Positions 13,801 through 25,351 of a stretch of DNA of 64,000 nucleotides are shown here, one piece after another. Below the pieces are notes generated by a model, which saw nothing but the letters and a program-made list of their open reading frames with translations, searched no databases and was not told the origin of the DNA. This DNA comes from Isurus oxyrinchus (taxonomy: Eukaryota): NCBI GenBank assembly GCA_026770705.1, contig JANJGN010000013.1, positions 58,590,001 through 58,654,000 of the forward strand. Direction: 5' to 3'. How positions within the stretch are numbered: position 1 is the first letter of the stretch; each line of letters starts with the position of its first letter. A program made the translations under genes and the position numbers.

Positions 13801-14667
13801 AAATGCGGACGTGAGTCTTGCCCACGTCCCACCATAGCCTCAAGGAGTGGAAGATTCCCCCCTTCCTTCTCCAGCCGGCCCAGAAACGACGGAACGAATC
13901 CAGGAACTGCTCGTCCTCCAGCAGCAGGTTGTTAAAGTGCCAGTACGCAGACCCCGTCCGAGCGCAGAATGGAGCAAGCTCCGCCCACATCAGATGGTGG
14001 TCTGTGCACGGCACCTGCTGCACAGAAGCCGACGGAACACAGGACACATACACCTTCGTAATGTAAAGAAGGTTGAGTCTGGACACTCTGACTCCAGGTG
14101 AGACAAAAGTGAAAACGCTGGAGTCAGGATGGAGATGTCGCCAGACGTCCACCAAGTCGAAGGACCCAACAAGGTCCCGCAACTTACTCACATCTAGCAT
14201 GTATTGCTGGGCACTGTGATGGTCCCGGGCCTTGAGGGTGCAATTGAAATCCCCTCCGAGGACGATGTACTCGTCCGCGTTGATGGAGCAGAGATGAGTG
14301 GACACTTCTTCAAAGAAGCTTGCTTGCTGCTGTGCGCCCAGGGGGAGCGTACACATTCACAAAGTGAAGCGCCGCGCCCCCCAGGCGCACAGTAAGGTGC
14401 AGCAACCAGCTCCTTGACCCCCAAGATCTCAGTCTGAAAATGCGGGGCCAAGAAGATAGCCACCCCGCCAGAATTGGAGGCTAGCCGACTCATGGCAACC
14501 CCTCCTCACCACTCCAGGAGCCACGTAGCTTTGTCTCCTGGAATGGTATGGGTTGCCTGCAGGAAGCACAGCGCATACTTCCCATCCCAGAGGACCAAGA
14601 AGTTCTGGAACCTGCACTGCACATCCTTGCTGCCGTGGATGTTGAGGCTGGCTATGGTAGTCTTCAT
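10813..14667 (-). pseudogene. Tx1 copy C ORF2, frameshifted; longest open stretch 628 aa (12470-14356)
   Basis: LGGDFNC, TDH, YWHFNN, KSPGLDGL, DQEKAF, QGCPLS, YADD, YLGV, CPFCG motifs. Confidence 0.9.
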
Positions 14668-14716
14668 TGTCAGAGGTATGTGCAACGTTCACCTGAGTAA
14701 AAGAAGGAGACAACCT

Positions 14717-16818
14717 TTAAGCCTCCCTCTCCTTCTGGAGCCCAGTGAGAAACATATGGACCCTCCGCTGGGCATTCCTGTCCAGCTCGGGGGCCTTGAG
14801 GGCCTCAGGAGTGGACCAGAACACCAGCAGAAATGAATACCATTGGTCCATGGCCAACTGGACCCTGTCTCGGCGACCGCGATTACTCACTAAAAAGTCC
14901 AGGAGTTCCCAGTGGGGGGATGAGGGGAAAGTCAGTGGAGGGCACTAGGGGATCCACCACTTCACCCGACAACAACTCTATGTTGTCCCCGGTGCTCAGC
15001 ACCGAAACTCTGTCCTCCTCCAAGACATTGCCTCCAGCTTCCAACCGCTCCCCTGTATTGAGTAGGGGGGCTGGTCCAGAGCTGCCAGTCGGCTTCACAT
15101 CCACCTCGATCCCACCCCCAGGATCAAGGCCAGATGGGTCCTCTCTGGTCTCTGCTAATGGTATCGAGTTAGAGGGCAGCGCCATTTCGGACACCCGCTC
15201 TCCTCCCGGCACCGGGTCACCTGGTGAGCTCCGCAAAAGCTCCTGCCCTAATACTAGGACGCCTGGTGCTAACAGTTGGGAGGGAGCAGGAAAACCATCT
15301 TTGCCACCGCCACCCAATGACCCGGTCAGTATTTTTAAACAGGGGGTGCTGCAGTGCTCCGATGGGCCATATGATACCTCGGGGGTATTTAGTGTGCCAG
15401 TAAAGGGCACCCCCTCAAGGGTTGTACCCTCAGCGACCCCCGAGGGGCCCTGCTCAGGGGACTGCAGCAGGTTTATGGGGGGAACACTAGGGGTAGGGGC
15501 AGGGGTTTGGGTTTCCCCCAAAGGGCAGAGCGAGGTGTCACAGGGCGGAGACGCCACCACCTCTTCACCCGGGGAGGGGACACCCCCAACCTCTTCAGCC
15601 GAGGCATCACCTCCTCCTCTTCCTCCTCCAAGAGGTGACATCTCTTCCGGGGTAGGCTGGGGGCTGGGGAGACCTCCATTTGCGAGGCCTCCTCCACCTC
15701 GTCCAGCCCTCCCAGATACCCCACCCTCTGGGGTTTAGGTCTTTCCACTGGCTCGGGGTCACGAGTCTCACCCCCGCTAGCCCAGGGAACCTGCGCAGGG
15801 ATAACGCCGGGCCCAGCACACGGCGCTTCAGTGCTCACAGGCCCAGGAGCACGTGCGGAGATGACGCCGGGGCCGGATGTTTGTATTTCCCCCGAGGCAG
15901 TGTCTGCAGGGGGTTGGTAGTCCTGGGTGTTTTGGGGAGTCTCAGGGGCCGCCCCCGGGTTTCAAGTCTTCGTCCGCGCCTTCTTACAGCACGGGGGCTC
16001 TCCCCCACCTCACCGGCAGCCGAGATGGCGGTAGCTGCCGGCGACGCCTCCCCTTGCAGGGAGGTTGAGTAGTGGCAGGAGAGGAACGGTGGTGCCAGCC
16101 ACGGCCGTTTGGGTGGAGTCGGTGGCCTTGGAGGCGGAGCAGGTCTTCCTGACATGCCCCACCTCCTTACAAGCCTGTCACCGCACGCCATCCGCGGTCC
16201 AAAATACCCGGTAGGCGGTCCCCTCAAAATTTACAGTAAAGGCCCCCTCCAGGCACTCCTCCCAGCCAAGCGGACGAATACCTGCTGCTGGAAGGAATGC
16301 ATGTGGCGGAGGGCCGCATCCTTGAGGCCGAGTGGGATGGGCGCAATCCCGGACCTGACCTCCCCGAGTTGATGGAGGTGGGGGAGGAGGAGCTCACCGG
16401 AGACAAAGGGTGGGACATTTGAAATAATGATCCTCTGGGCAGTGGCCTCTAGGGGGTGCAACACCAGAAAGGTCCCGCCCACAGTGACCCCTTTTTACAG
16501 GGCCAGGTTCACCGCCCGCTTGAACCTCAGGAAAAAGATGGCTTTGCCATACATCTTTGAGGCTGCAACTATGGCTGAGGGGGCAACAATCCCAGCCATA
16601 GCCTTAACGCAGGCCTTGATAGTCACATCGGGGTGAGTGTAGCTCTTCACCCCCTAGGGCCCTCTTGAGAAAGCGGAAAGGTGACGGGGCCGTGGGAGCA
16701 GCAGGAGCCAAAAAAGCAGCTGCCCCCGCATAAGCCTTTTTGGGACCGCTACTGGTGACAATACCGCCTCCACATTTGCCCTCAAAGGCCTGGCCACAGG
16801 TGATGGTGAGCTAGCCAT
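14717..16818 (-). pseudogene. Tx1 copy C ORF1, disrupted
   Basis: ATG at 16818. Fragments include IIISNVPPFVSGELLLPHLHQLGEVRS...LRHMHSFQQQVF, typical of Tx1 ORF1. Confidence 0.8.
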
Positions 16819-17599
16819 TGGGGCTGAGCCACACCCACCCCGAGAAATAATGGTCTTAATAATACTTTTTTTTCAATAAAGCTGCTCCCTGGCGGGGGGT
16901 GGGGGGGCGGGGGGGTGGGTGGGGAGTAAGGAGGAAATAACCTCCCCCTCTGAGATGTTAAATAGAGGAGAGGAGAGGAGGGAGAGGGGCAGAGGACAGG
17001 GAGGCACAGGAGGGAAAGGGGAAAGTCTAGATGGGTGTCTTTGATGAAAAAATGGATGGTGGGTGGGGGCCTCCTTGATCTTCCGGTAGGGGGAGGGTGA
17101 TGTCTTCACCAGACAACCAGTACTGCCTGGCACACAGATGTTATGCCTGTTCCTCTTCACCAGGTAGCACTAGCTGCCTGGGCTTAGGCCTACTGAAAAA
17201 TTAGGTGAAAGATTCAGGCTTGGGGGCAGGGGCGGGGGGAGGGGTGGTGGCAAGATTTTTTGGAACAGAACACACACACCCCCCTTTTTCTCCCCCAAGT
17301 TCTTAGGGCAGTCTTCTGCCCTCCCCCTACAAAACACAGTCCTTAGCAGCCCCCACCTGAACAAATAGAAAGTCCAGACACCCACCTAGGATGCTATAAT
17401 TTTCAGTCCTGGCCTCCTGGCCTGCCTGTCCTGTAGCAGCAGCAGCAGTTCTTCCTCTCCATCTCTCTCCTTCCCTCCTTTGGCCCTACAAACAAGGCCC
17501 TCCAAACTCCAACTCCCCCAGGCAATGGAGGAGGATGATGAATTGGTGGAATCCTGAAGGCTTCCTGGAGGAATCCAAAGAAGGACACAGGACACAGGA

Positions 17600-17790
17600 G
17601 CAGCAGCCAACTCTCCTCTCTATAGGAGGAATTCAGCAGCAGTAGTAGTCAGCAGAGCAGAAAATAGGAGAACACAGCAGCAGCATCCAACTCTCCTCTC
17701 TATAGGAGGAATTCAGCAGCAGTAGTAGTAGTCAGCAAAGCGGAAAGCAAAACACAGCAGCAGCATCCACCTCTTCTCTCTCCCTGGCTA
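17600..17790. repeat. About 80-bp tandem monomers (two complete plus one partial) in the 5' UTR of Tx1 copy C
   Basis: CCAACTCTCCTCTCTATAGGGAGAATTCAGCAGCAGTAGTAGT occurs twice, 80 bp apart. Confidence 0.85.
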
Positions 17791-17941
17791 CAACTGAAGC
17801 AACAATGAGTTGCAGCTGAGAGCAATTGGGGAGAATTAGTAGCACAGCCTGTGTGTGGGTGTTTATCAGTTGTACATACTGTTCATTATTGTCAATAAAC
17901 TCTCAAGGAGCCTCCCTGCCTATAGCTGCTTGTTGAGCTTG

Positions 17942-18013
17942 GCCTAAATAGCCAAGTGGTTATGGTACTGGGTTTGTAACCCCAAGATTGAGAGTTCAAA
18001 TCTCACAATGGCA
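17942..18013 (+). pseudogene. tRNA-Thr(TGT)-like head 1 (Pol III A and B boxes, not a functional cloverleaf)
   Basis: 72 nt. A box TAGCCAAGTGG, D stem GCCA/TGGT, loop TT-TGT-AA, B box GTTCAAATC. Only 3 of 7 acceptor pairs form. Confidence 0.75.
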
Positions 18014-18206
18014 AAACTATGAAACAATGTAACTTCATCTGAAACAGATGAAATGGGTTTGTGCTCGAAAGAGTATCAAGAGTTCAAATCTCACAATGGC
18101 AAAACTGTGAAACAATGTAACTTCATCTGAAACAGATGGAAACGGGTTTGTGCTCGAAAGAGTATCAAGAGTTCAAATCTCACAATGGCAAACAATATAA
18201 GGCTTG

Positions 18207-18278
18207 GCCTGAATAGCCAAGTGGTTATGGTACTGGGTTTGTAACCCCAAGATCTAGAGTTCAAATCTCACAATGGCA
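18207..18278 (+). pseudogene. tRNA-Thr(TGT)-like head 2
   Basis: Near-identical 72-nt copy of head 1. Confidence 0.75.
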
Positions 18279-19699
18279 AACAATGTAACTTCATCTGAAA
18301 CAGATGGAAACGGGTTTGTGCTTGAAAGAGTATCAAGAGTTCAAATCTCACAATGGTGAAACAATGTAACTTCATCTGAAATGGATGGAAACGGTTTGTG
18401 CTCGAAAGAGTATCAAGAGTTCAAATCTCACAATGGCAAACTATGAAACAATGTAACTTCATCTGAAACAAATGGAAACGGGTTTGTACTCGAAAGAAAT
18501 CAAGAGTTCAAATCTCACAATGGCAAACTATGAAACAATGTAACTTCATCTGAAACAGATGGAAATGGGTTTGTACTCGAAAGAAATCAAGAGTTCAAAT
18601 CTCACAATGGCAAACTATGAAACAATGTAACTTCATCTGAAACAGATGGAAACGGGTTTGTGCTTGAAAGAGTATCAAGAGTTCAAATCTCACAATGGCA
18701 AACAATGTAACTTCATCTGAAACAGATGGAAACAGGTTTGTACTCGAAAGAGTTACAAATAATTATGGCTACTTGTTCTAATGAGCAGTGTTTTTGTCAC
18801 TCAGATGTGAAATCTTTCTACACAAGATAAAGGCAGGTGTTTCAGTCCAGGGCCTCTTCCCTGTGCTCTGTGCAGCCTTCAGACCACAGCGATGGTCCGG
18901 CCTGTCACTCCCTGGAAACATTAGATGCTTTCACATCGGCGGTGCTGGTCATTGTTGCCAGAATGTGGTGGGCAGGTGCCACAGAGTTCTCTCATTCTTT
19001 CGTCGTGCTCTCAGCACATTTAAGGAGGAGCTGGCCCCCATCACACCAGTATCTGTGACCACTGGTGCTGTGCTCCAGCTCCTGAAGGGCTCAGGTGCTG
19101 AAGATGGACAAAGATGCTATTCAAGTTCTTGGCTGTGCCTCTATGATGTGGCCCACTGAGCTGCCCTCAGCTGGACAGGAGTCAGACATTCTCAGAGGTT
19201 ATGTGAAGGTTTATGGAGTGTCCTCACTGCATATCATAGGGCCTCCACTGTGTCTCCATGACAGGAGCATTCTCACAGAGAGTATTCACACTGCTATAAA
19301 CCAGACTGGAGCCAAACATTCACAAATATGCTGAGTATTTATAGGGTCTTCTCACTGCTTGTCATCATCATCCTTTACAAATCTAGCAGCTTTGAGGGTC
19401 TCCTGAGCATGCCAAGTCCATGACCTCAGACATTCACTCCCTCTAGCACTGATGCAATCAACAAGATGCATTGCAGCAACTGCCCAAGGCTTCTTTGATA
19501 GCACCTATGAAATACATGACCCCTACCACCTAGGCGAGCAAAAATATAAGAAACAGAAGTGGGAGAAGACTGTAAGGCCTGTCAAACCTGCTCTGCCATT
19601 CAATATGATCCTGGTTAACCTTGGCTTCAGCTCCACTTGATTCCGTAAGCCTTTGCCATGGTTGACCACATTCTCCTCTTCCAGTGCCTTGCCACCATT

Positions 19700-20320
19700 A
19701 TCCAGCTGGCTGCCCTTCACCTGGTTCCATTTCTCTCTGTCCAGCCATTGCAGCAGAATCACCTGCATGGCTTCTCTTGCTGCCCTGTACAGTTACTCCT
19801 GGCATTCTCTCAAAATCCGTCTCTGTCTCCCTTCTTATTTGCATGCTTCCCCTTGATGGCGTCAGCAGAAAATATCACTTCAGATTCCACCTTGACATTG
19901 ATGACACCCAGCACTACCTATTTTGACCCACCCACTGCCGTTGATTCTTCATAATGTTTATCATCAGACATCCTGTACTGTATGAGCAGAAATTTCCTCT
20001 AAATATTGGGAAGATCATACTATTAACTTTGGCCTCTACCACAAACTCTATTCCCTAGCTACTGACTCTATCCCTCTCCCTGGCAACTTTCTGAGGCTGA
20101 TACAGACCATTCACAAGCTTGGCATTCTATTTGACCCTGAGATGAGCTTCGTGCCTCATATCCATGCCATCAACAAGACCACCTACTTGGATCTTCATGG
20201 CATCACCCATTTCTGCCCCTGTCTCAGCTCATCTGATGGGAAAGCCTTTATCCATCCTTCTGTTACCTTTAGACTTGAAGAGTCCAATGCTCTCCTGATC
20301 AGCCACCCATCTTGCATTCT
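19700..20320 (+). mobile_element. Old L2-like LINE RT fragments
   Basis: DDTQ at about 19900 and LGILFDPEMSFVPHIHAINK...FIHPSVTFRL at 20118-20280. Confidence 0.55.
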
Positions 20321-20506
20321 AAAGTTGTCTTTTCAGTATAAAATAGTTATAACTTACTTTTCCCTCTGAATGACATTCTTTCTCTTCCATTCCTTTCTAT
20401 GGGGAAAAAGATCATCCACTGGCAGATAAATAAGCACACTCCTCCTTTACATGATGTTCATGTGCACAACAGCGCAAGGGACAATAGAAAGAAAGGTATT
20501 CAGCTT

Positions 20507-20860
20507 ATATTTTTCTTCACTCTTTCAGTGGGTGTCACTGGAAAGGCCAGAATTCGTTGCCCTTTCTAATTGGTTTGTGTGACCATTTTAGATGGCAAAG
20601 AGTCAACCACATTGCTGTGTCTAAAGAATTACATGTAGGCCAGACCAGGTGAGGCCTGTCAATTTCCTTGGCATGGGTAGATTTCCTTCTCTGAAAGATG
20701 TTAGTGAACCAGATAGGCTATTACAAACAATCCTTGATGGTTTTGTATTTACCGTTAGTGAGACTTAGCCTATTGAATTTCAATTCCACCAGCTGCTGTA
20801 GTGGGATTTGAATATGTGTCCCCATGACATTAGTCAGGGTCTCTGGATTCAGTGACCTCA
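20507..20860 (-). mobile_element. HE1-like tRNA-derived SINE, decayed
   Basis: Body matches 62676-62905 (AGTCAACCACA-TGCTGTG...CATGTAGGCCAGACCAGG...TAGTGAACCAGAT). B-box-like complement GGGATTTGAA near 20802. Confidence 0.65.
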
Positions 20861-21309
20861 CCTGTAGGCTACCATTTCCCCATTTCAGCCTAGCCTTTCT
20901 ACAGGCCCTGCAGACTATGTACAATCTGCCACAGTGTGCTGGCACTCAACCCACTTAATCTCCTGAATAAATGTTCTTAGAAATTTCTTCCTAACCCATA
21001 GCATGAAATCAGGTAAACCTACAAAATAACAGCATCCTTTCACTGCATTATTATTGGATACTTTCTTTGGCATAAAAATTACTTAATTGGTTGTAAATTG
21101 CACCAGTGCATCTTGAGGTTATGAAAGTTGCCACATAATTGAAAGTTTTATTTCTTTCTTTGTTCAATATCTGTGGCCTCTGCAACTCAGGAACCACAAT
21201 CTTCCATACACCATTTCATCACTTCAGGAAATTTACTAAGACTTTACCTTGTCATGGTCACATTGATTTTTTTTGGCATCTTACTGTGTTTCTCCCATTT
21301 ACATTTGCA

Positions 21310-21445
21310 ACATTGTTGCTGGGTCAAAATCCTGGAAACTTGGTGTGCCAACAATGGATTGGGGCGGATCAAGGTGGCGGCTCACCACCACCTTCTCAAG
21401 GGCAATTATAGGCGGCCTTGCCAGCCATGAACGAATATTTAAAAA
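21310..21445 (+). mobile_element. 3' end fragment of HER1-like (CR1 group) LINE
   Basis: AGSKSW and KVAAHHHLLKGN coding end, same as the 29000-29270 copy. Confidence 0.65.
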
Positions 21446-21489
21446 ATACACTGGGAAGGACACCAAGAGAATGCCCCTGATCTTTGAAT

Positions 21490-21660
21490 AGCGTCATTGG
21501 ATCCATTCCATCCACCTGAAAAGGCAGAATTGTCATCTGAAAGTCAACATCCCCGACAGTGCAGCTCTCTCTCAGTACTGTACTAGTGTATCAGCCTGGC
21601 TTGTGCGCTCAAACCTCTGGAGCGGGTCTTGAACTCATGAGGCTTTTACTCAAAGGCATA
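21490..21660 (-). mobile_element. 5' part of a DeuSINE (SacSINE1/AmnSINE1-like)
   Basis: Minus strand reads GAGTTCAAGACCCGCTCCAGAG...CAGTACTGAGAGAGAGCTGCACTGTCGG, resembling the recalled DeuSINE 5' region. Confidence 0.55.
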
Positions 21661-22519
21661 TCTCCGCTTGCTTCATGCAAACACCTCTTAAAACTTCTCC
21701 TACCTTCCACTCCGCACGTTGTACTACTGCTTTCCCTTCGTGAGTGCCCATGTTGCTCCCATTTCCCCTTTCTTCTGTTGATTTTAAAATATCGCTCATC
21801 TGTGATATCTTTCTGTGCTGAGGAAAGATTAATAACCCAGGTGGGAACTTGTGTTCCCTGCAGAGATGCGGATAAGTGTTTCCAGCCTTTTCTTTTACAG
21901 TCCCTGACTACTCCTAGTGTAACTTCGGCCCTGACCGCCTGTGTGCCAGAAGACCAGCTCGCCCTCTGAGCGGTTAAAATAGATTGGATGACTTAGTTAA
22001 TTCCATGTTTACTTTTAGCCTCTTCCCCTTCTCTTGCTAAGATTCTTTTCTGATATTTGATCCCATCGATCAGCTTTTCTTTCTCTTTCGGCTCCATTTC
22101 CTCGAGGTATATTTTTCACATGTCACACCAGCGTTATAAAGGGGGAAAAATGACCTCAAACGAACACCGTCCAAGGCTTTTCTACGGAGCCTCTGCCCAT
22201 GATTAACAAATCAATCTAAGCACGAGTCTAACAGATTTCTTCTGGCCAGATACCAGACTTGGTGAGGTTACATTTCTGCGATCGGGCGCTGGTAGAACGA
22301 CGGCGGTGAAACATCGGAAACACCGCCTCCGCCCTTTCATTGTGGCGTTGAGCCGGGAGGTAGACTGAATCGCGCAGGATTTCTATCTTAACCTCTGTGA
22401 AGGTGCCTGTTATATATAACCTATATGCTTACGATAAATTAATTAATTTGAAACATATACCTAGAAAATGATACTGCGACGAACTAACTGCGAACTTTGG
22501 AGTTGCAATTAATAGTAGC

Positions 22520-24435
22520 TATTAAGAAAATGGCGGTTGCAATGAACAAATATTTTGCTTCTGTCTTCACTCTAGAGGATTAAAAAAACATTCCAGTAAC
22601 AGCTGTAAATCAGGAGATGGAGGGGGAGAACTTAGTTAAATTACAATCACTAGGGAAGGAATACTGAGCTAACAATGGAGCTGCGGGCTGCCGAGTCTCC
22701 CTCCAGGTCCAGATGGTCTTCATCCTAGGATCTTAAAAGAGGTTGCTAATGAGGTAATAGATGAGTTGGTGTTAATTTTCCAAAATTCCCTAGATTCTGG
22801 AAAGGTTCCATCAGACTGAAAATTGGTAAGCATAACCCCTCTATTCAAGAAGGGAGGGGGACAGAAAACAGGAAACTATAGACAATTTAGCTTGATGCCT
22901 GTCATGGGGAAGTTGTTAGAGTCAATCATTAAAGAGGTTATAGCTGGGTACTTAGAAAAACTCAAGGTAATCAGGAAGAGTCCACATGATTTTGTGAAAG
23001 GGAAATCATGTTTAACCAATTTATTAGAGTTCTTTGAAGGGGTAACATATGTGGTGGATAAAGGGGAGCCTGTAGATGTACTGTACTTAGATTTCCAGAA
23101 AGCATTTGATAAGGCGCCACATCATAGGCTATTGCAGAAAATAAAAGCTCATAGTGTAGGGAGTAACATATTAGCATGGGTAGAAGATTGGCTAACTGGC
23201 ACAAAATAGACAGTATGCAAAAATGGGTCTTTGTTTGGCGGGATGTGATGTGTGGAGTCCCACAGGGGTCTGTGCTGGGGTCTCAACTTTTTACAACATT
23301 TTATAATTTACATCAATTATATAGATGAGTGGAGTGAAGGCATGGTAGCTAAATTTCCAGGTGACACAAACATAAGTAGGAGAGTATGTTGTGAAGATGG
23401 AGTTTGTGGATGGATATTGATAAGTTGAGTGATTGGGCAAAAATCTGGCAGATGGAGTATAATGTGGGAAAATGTGGAGTTGTTCACTTTGGCAGGAAGA
23501 ATAAAAAAGCAAAGTATTACTTAAATGGAGAACGGCTACAGAATTCTGAGCTGCAGAGGGATCTAGGTGTTCTAGTACATGTGTCACAGAAAGTTAGTTT
23601 GCGGTACAGCATGTAATCAGGAAGACTAATGGAATGCTATCCTTTATTACAAGAGGAATTGAACATAAAATTAAGGATCTGTATGACTCTTCATCAGAAC
23701 GATCTTCTACCCATGCTAATATGTTCTGATGAAGAGTCATGCAGATTCGGAATGTTAACTGTATTCCTCTCCGCAGATGCTGTCAGACCTGCTGAGTTTT
23801 TCGAGCTATTTTTGTTTTTGTTTCATATTTCCAGCATCTGCAGCATTTTGCTTTTATAAAATTTAGGATGTTATGCTTCAGTTATACAGGGCATCGGTGA
23901 GACTGCATCTTGAATGCTGCGTGCAGTTTTGTTCTCCTTATTTAAGGAAGGATGTAAATACATTGGAGGCAGTTCAATGGAGGTTTACTAGATTGATACC
24001 TGGAATGAGTGGGTTGTCTTCTGAGGATAGGTTGGACAGACTGGGCTTGTTTCCACTGAAGTTTAGAAGAGCGAAGGGTGAATTGATTGAAATATATAAG
24101 ATCCTGAATGGTCTTGGCAAGGTGGATGTAGAAAGGATGTTTCCTCTTGTGGGTCAGTCCAGAACTAGGGGGCAGAGTTTTAAAATTAGGTGTCACCCTT
24201 ATAGGACAGAGCTGAGGAGAAATTTTTTCTCACTGAAGATTATGTGACTTTAGAACTCCGCCTCAGAAGATGGTGGAGGAGCGGGGTACTGAATATTTTT
24301 AAGGTAGAGGTAGATTGATTCTTGTTAGGCAAGGAAATCAAAGGTTATTAGGGGCAGATCATCCATGCTCTTATTGAATAACAGAGCAGGCTCGAGGGGC
24401 CGAATGGCCTACTTCTGCTCCTATTTTGTATGTTT
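22520..24435 (+). mobile_element. 5'-truncated CR1 LINE (RT plus 3' UTR), decayed and interrupted by a Penelope-like insert
   Basis: ITPLFKKG, GKSCLTNL, DVLYLDFQKAFDK, GVPQGSVLG, RDLGV, LEAVQWRFTRLIPG; 3' hairpin region GGCCGAATGGCC at about 24398. Confidence 0.9.
23679..23855 (+). mobile_element. Penelope-like terminal fragment with short inversion and hammerhead remnant
   Basis: CTGATGA-AGAGTC core, inverted copy at about 23678-23700, TSD ATAAAATTAAGGAT (23665-23678) / ATAAAATTTAGGAT (23856-23869). Confidence 0.8.
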
Positions 24436-24705
24436 GACTCATCTTCTGCAAATAACGTCAAATAACTTAGTACTAAGATATTCATGCTGGTGGCTTCAGA
24501 AAGATTACTGTCCTCTTTTTGGTTAAAAAAAAGATTGACGCATGCCTCACAGCTGCTAATGAAATATGACTGTATTCAACAACATTTTAAATCAATTATA
24601 CAGAATCAATTTAAGGAATCAGTTGTAAGATTACAAAGAAAAGAATTCGTGTTCATTGCCAGTTCTATACTCAAACTTTGCACCGAATAAGGCTGTTTTT
24701 CCATT

Positions 24706-25034
24706 TCACTCGCAGCCTGATCTCTTGATGCTTTGCTGAAGTTGAGACCCGAGAGACTCATGTGTAACCCCGCAGGTGTACACTTCGTGTGAGTTCCACT
24801 CGGCGGCGGTCAGGGTCAGATAGCTGCTCATCCTATACGTCTGCTCGGTGTCCCGCACGGCCTGAGTTGTCTGGACACCTTTGTCCCTGATCTTGCCGTC
24901 TACGCTCCACGAAACTTCCACCGAACCAGGAAAGAAATTATTCACCAAACATACCAGAGTCGCCGTCTTTGCTGCGGAGATCTGATTGGGAGACGGCGAG
25001 AGAAGGGATACCGAAGGGCGGGACGACTCTCTGG
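24706..25034 (-). CDS. IGLC: Immunoglobulin lambda-like light chain constant exon (cluster 1)
   Basis: Acceptor TTTCCCTTTACAG, phase 1. Translates ARESSRPSVSLLSPSPNQISAAKTATLVCLVNNFFPGSVEVSWSVDG...SSYLTLTAAEWNSHEVYTCGVTHE...IKRSGCE-stop, with both C1-set cysteines, the tryptophan and the penultimate interchain cysteine. Confidence 0.95.
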
Positions 25035-25351
25035 CTGTAAAGGGAAATAGTTTAAAAGCAGGAAAGTAAATAAATCAGATGTGGCTGCAATTCTGGGCGA
25101 AAGCAATTGGTGATTTTCGCTGGGTTTCTCACTTTTGTCCGTCGTAATCACGGAATGCAAGCTGTCTTAATAATACTGCATTACCTTACCTCCCTTTCTG
25201 ATTTTGCCCCCACACATTCCTCTGTTATCTCATTATTTCATGTTTTAGGGACTAAATGCATCTGGCAATTCCAATAAGCCAGAGGTAAATGTTGATTTTA
25301 ATTGAGTTATACATCTGTGCAATTGGCTTCAATGAACATAAAATATCAGTG

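Larger units (their letters stand above)
10698..17838 (-). mobile_element. Tx1-clade non-LTR retrotransposon, copy C (full length, decayed)
   Basis: About 1-kb 5' UTR with tandem monomers, ORF1 16818-14717, ORF2 14667-10813. 17813-17838 matches 10672-10697 at 25 of 26 positions. Confidence 0.9.
17935..18763 (+). mobile_element. Multimeric tRNA-derived SINE-like array (two tRNA heads, nine B-box-containing units of 80-89 bp)
   Basis: GAGTTCAAATCTCACAATGG starts at 17992, 18080, 18169, 18257, 18337, 18417, 18504, 18591 and 18679. Flanked by TATAGCTGCTTGTT (17921-17934) and TATGGCTACTTGTT (18764-18777). Confidence 0.8.

Noticed and set aside
52-16636. Many plus-strand ORFs of 100-300 aa over the Tx1 copies
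   Set aside because: Antisense shadows of GC-rich ORF1/ORF2, not preserved between copies.
17942-18013. Functional tRNA-Thr gene
   Set aside because: Acceptor, anticodon and T stems have several mismatches, and there is no nearby terminator.
18706-18757. Hammerhead ribozyme or mini-LTR in the SINE tail
   Set aside because: The topology and GAAA resemble a hammerhead, but GGAAAC replaces CUGANGA. The TG...CA ends have no PBS, purine tract or 4-6 bp TSD.
17935-18763. CRISPR-like array
   Set aside because: Units are wholly repeated with no unique spacers, there are no cas genes, and the context is vertebrate.
21690-22400. Possible retroviral gag leader or matrix remnant on the minus strand
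   Set aside because: Only a vague impression; no LTR, PBS or motif I can support.
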